Of a stretch of DNA of 64,000 nt, positions 61,344 through 64,000 are shown piece after piece. Position 1 is the first letter of the stretch. The number at the start of each line of letters is the position of its first letter. This DNA comes from Candidatus Omnitrophota bacterium. GTDB taxonomy: Bacteria; Omnitrophota; Gorgyraeia; Zapsychrales; Fredricksoniimonadaceae. The notes below the pieces were generated by a model. It was not told where the DNA came from. It saw only the letters and a program-made list of their open reading frames with translations, and did no database searches. The DNA lies in NCBI GenBank assembly GCA_903860135.1, contig CAIOPG010000004.1:272648-336647 (forward strand), given 5' to 3'. The position numbers were made by a program, and so were the translations under genes.

Positions 61344-62233
61344 GAATCCTTTCGCCGTTGCTTTCGGTTAATGAGGTTCAGCCCTTGTGTGAGGTGGGTG
61401 CAGATGATTTCTTTTGTGGTTTGGTAGATAAAGAAAGAACATTGAATAGCCGCCCGAATACCGCAGAGCACAGCTTCAGCAACAAGGAGGATCTTCGACG
61501 GGCTGTGGTTCTGACGCATGCCCAAGGGCGGCGTATCTTTCTGGTCATTAACAGTTTGCCCCCGCTCGACATCAATCGGGGGCTGCGTCAGGCTGTCATA
61601 GCCAAAGAAATCGGGATAGACGGGCTTATTGTGGCCAGTCTTTTGCTCATCAAGAAAATCGATGATCTTGGCCTTGGTCTTGAATTGCAGGCCAGTAGCT
61701 TGACCACGGCGATTAATAGCGAGGCAGTTTTGTTCGCGCAGCGGCTGGGGGTGTCTCACGTTCATCTGCCGACGCAGATCGGCATGGAAGAGCTTGGGCG
61801 AATGATGAAATATGTCCCTGGGATTAAGTTCAGCATTTTTGTCCTCGGCGGCTTGTGTGTTTATGCCGAACAGTTTTGTTCCCTGCATGAAGGTTTCGCC
61901 GAGGATTTTATTCCATGCCAGCATTTTAGGGCTTTGGGCATGGTTGGACGCGGTGGTATGCCTCTAGCAGAATGTGACAAAAGACATAATCAGCCGGCAT
62001 TCAGCTGTGGGCTTTGCGTGGTAAGAAAGTGCCTGTCTTTGGGGGTGGATACGTTGAAAATCGAGGGGCGCTATTTGCCGTTGGACAAAAAAGCACAACG
62101 GGTTTCCATGGTCAGGCAAGTTATTCAGGCAGCAGTGGCTAGTAAGGATGATAATGTTTTTATTCAGCATTGTCAGGGAATTTTTCAAAAGGATCAGGGA
62201 CGTCCATGTAAGCCGGAATTCTGCATTTTTTAA
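61340..62233 (+). CDS. Peptidase U32 family protein
   Basis: N-terminal MRILSPLLSVNEVQPLCEVGADDFFCG (ELLAPAG…GADAVY pattern) and C-terminal …VDTLKIEGR motif characteristic of U32. Confidence 0.6.
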   Translation: MRILSPLLSVNEVQPLCEVGADDFFCGLVDKERTLNSRPNTAEHSFSNKEDLRRAVVLTHAQGRRIFLVINSLPPLDINRGLRQAVIAKEIGIDGLIVASLLLIKKIDDLGLGLELQASSLTTAINSEAVLFAQRLGVSHVHLPTQIGMEELGRMMKYVPGIKFSIFVLGGLCVYAEQFCSLHEGFAEDFIPCQHFRALGMVGRGGMPLAECDKRHNQPAFSCGLCVVRKCLSLGVDTLKIEGRYLPLDKKAQRVSMVRQVIQAAVASKDDNVFIQHCQGIFQKDQGRPCKPEFCIF

Positions 62234-62249
62234 GAACTGGTTGCTGAGC

Positions 62250-62909
62250 ATGACAATGAAAAAAAGTTTGCATAAGGTTCAGCGGTTTGAGCTGGGGCAT
62301 GAAGCCTGCGAGCGGCTGTTGCCATTGCCCATGGTCATTGCCAACGAGAAGAAAAGGGTTGGTCGCGGAGGGCTTTCGCTTGTAACGCCGATCGTCAGTC
62401 AGGATGGATTGAAGCGCATTCAGGATTGGGCACTATTATTGGATGACAATGATGAAATTGTAGCCAATGACCTTGGTGTCCTTGTGATGGTGGATCGTGA
62501 TTTTAGAGCCAGGCCTTTGATCGGCCGTATCCTTGGCCGGAATATTATTCTTTCTTTGGTCGGAATGATCCATGATCCTGTTTTAGCGGAAGAGTTTCTT
62601 GCATTATTAGGCAAGAGGATCGCCGGGATCGAATGTGATGCTGACAGTTCTCCTGATGTGATGTTTTTTTTACAGTCGAAGATGGAGATACGTCCATGCC
62701 ATCGTTCCGGTAAGATATTTGGTGTTACCCGGCGGTGCATCTTTAAGGCCAAAGTGGCAGATAAGTTTGGTGCTTGCCGTAAGGAATGTCAGCATATGAA
62801 AATATTGGCAGCCAATGCGGTGCTGGGCAAGTTGTTTGTGTTGCAAGAGAATGCCCTAATTTTGCATTCATCACCCAGTAACGGGATAAAACGGATGAAA
62901 GACACATGA
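62250..62909 (+). CDS. Hypothetical protein, possible second U32-like subunit
   Basis: Position and weak similarity only; start inferred at MTMKKSL after upstream stop. Confidence 0.3.
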   Translation: MTMKKSLHKVQRFELGHEACERLLPLPMVIANEKKRVGRGGLSLVTPIVSQDGLKRIQDWALLLDDNDEIVANDLGVLVMVDRDFRARPLIGRILGRNIILSLVGMIHDPVLAEEFLALLGKRIAGIECDADSSPDVMFFLQSKMEIRPCHRSGKIFGVTRRCIFKAKVADKFGACRKECQHMKILAANAVLGKLFVLQENALILHSSPSNGIKRMKDT

Positions 62910-63871
62910 TTTTAGAAGCTGGTGAAAAACGCAGGCGTTTTTTGCGGCGCGTTGCCGGGGCCGTGGACGGCAAGGTTTATATTGGTCCGGAACAGGTCTA
63001 TTTGCCGGTTACCAACCGTTGTAATCTGAGTTGCCGTTACTGCTGGTTTCATTCTCCCGGAAATCCCTTGCGCTTGCATCCTCGGCAAGATATGCCGTTA
63101 GCGGATTTTAAGAGGATCGTGCGTGAATGTGTTGCCCTTGAAGTGGATACTCTTTTTCTTTCTGCTGAAGGAGAGCCGACATTACATCCGGAATTCTTCA
63201 GCATGATGTCTTTTTTGAAAAAGCAACCGCTGGAAGTGACCATTTTCAGCAACGGCACATTTTCCTCTGCGCGACGGAAGGATGTTCTTAAAGCGGATCG
63301 TATTGGTATTAATCTTGGTGCCCCGGAGCGTGAAGGTTATAAATTATTGCAGGGGGAGGATCTGTTTGATCATGTGATCAAGAATATAAATTTTTTGGTC
63401 AAGGCTCGGGATAAAAATAAGAAATCATTTAAGATTGGTGTGGATTATGTGGTTAATAAAGATAATATTCATCAGATAAAAGAAACTGAGAAATTCTTAA
63501 GCTGTCTGGGAGTTGATTCTTTCACGCCGACGCTGATGAAGGAGCACGACTGGAATGGCGGCGTGCGCGTGGATGATCCATCGACGTTGTTTTTGGCTGA
63601 AGGCAAACCTTCGCCGCGTTGTTTTCACGGTTGGTTCCAGATGATCAGGGCACTTGATGGCCGGATACGGCTTTGTCCGCAGTTATCGCAGGAGATCATC
63701 GTCGTCGATCAGAATTCTTTACGTGAAACATGGTTTTCAGATAAATTTATGGAATCGCGGTTAAGGGGGCGGTGCGGTGATTTTGGAAAAAAGTTTCGTG
63801 ACTGCAGGCAATGTCTTTATCATCAACGTAATACAGCAGTATTGAAAAGAGTTTTAAAAAGAACGGTATAA
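62906..63871 (+). CDS. Radical SAM enzyme with C-terminal Cys-rich (SPASM-like) region (321 aa)
   Basis: CNLSCRYC = CX3CX2C; …GEPTLHPEF…; C-terminal CFHGW…LCPQ…CGDFGKKFRDCRQC. Confidence 0.8.
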   Translation: MILEAGEKRRRFLRRVAGAVDGKVYIGPEQVYLPVTNRCNLSCRYCWFHSPGNPLRLHPRQDMPLADFKRIVRECVALEVDTLFLSAEGEPTLHPEFFSMMSFLKKQPLEVTIFSNGTFSSARRKDVLKADRIGINLGAPEREGYKLLQGEDLFDHVIKNINFLVKARDKNKKSFKIGVDYVVNKDNIHQIKETEKFLSCLGVDSFTPTLMKEHDWNGGVRVDDPSTLFLAEGKPSPRCFHGWFQMIRALDGRIRLCPQLSQEIIVVDQNSLRETWFSDKFMESRLRGRCGDFGKKFRDCRQCLYHQRNTAVLKRVLKRTV

Positions 63872-64000
63872 GGGTAGTCGGGTATGGGGAAGCTATTGAA
63901 ATATTATGATTATTGCCATGAAGCTTATGAGCCGTTGACAGCTTGCCGGAAGAAGCTATCGTCTGACAGGTTGTTTTATAATTCTCTTGAGGGAAGTTCA

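Overview
This 64 kb window is chromosomal and spans the replication origin neighbourhood. On the minus strand lie dnaA, dnaN, a DUF721/DciA-like gene, gyrB and gyrA. Diverging on the plus strand are rpmH, yidD, yidC, a Jag_N-only gene and parA-parB. DnaA boxes and a TTGACT/TATAAT promoter sit in the AT-rich spacer, and a parS-like site lies upstream of parA. Downstream on the plus strand is a long housekeeping run: ndk, yicC, gmk, rpoZ, a CoaC-like flavoprotein, tRNA-Cys/Leu/Val, thrS, infC, rpmI, rplT, pheST, rarA, an MTHFS-like gene, rny, a ymdB-like gene, PilZ, gltX, tRNA-Gln and glnS.

Three accessory regions stand out.

(1) An atypical Tad/Flp pilus locus fills the first ~17 kb on the minus strand. 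It contains CpaB, a secretin with a C-terminal TonB_C domain, a single ORF fusing a CpaE/TadZ-like ATPase to TadA/CpaF, and an array of nine genes carrying the Flp prepilin motif G/A-XXXX-EY. One of these is a 48-aa gene absent from the ORF track. The locus also holds a TadG-like 485-aa pseudopilin, a 929-aa Cys-rich protein, tadB, tadC and a partial C39-like peptidase gene. No tadV prepilin peptidase is visible.

(2) A small island (fic, orphan MNT nucleotidyltransferase, Bro-N/DinD-like) is inserted at the 3' end of rarA. It is flanked by a ~70-bp direct duplication of the rarA terminus, and each island gene is followed by the same ~20-nt motif.

(3) At the far end is a cluster of three radical SAM/SPASM-type enzymes with a small His/Asn/Thr-repeat peptide, a secreted Cys-rich protein, a deacetylase-like protein and U32 peptidase-like proteins. 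This looks like an uncharacterised peptide-maturation (RiPP/His-Xaa-Ser-like) system.

The ORF track translates alternative start codons (TTG/GTG) as M. Several starts were adjusted by inference and are marked as such.
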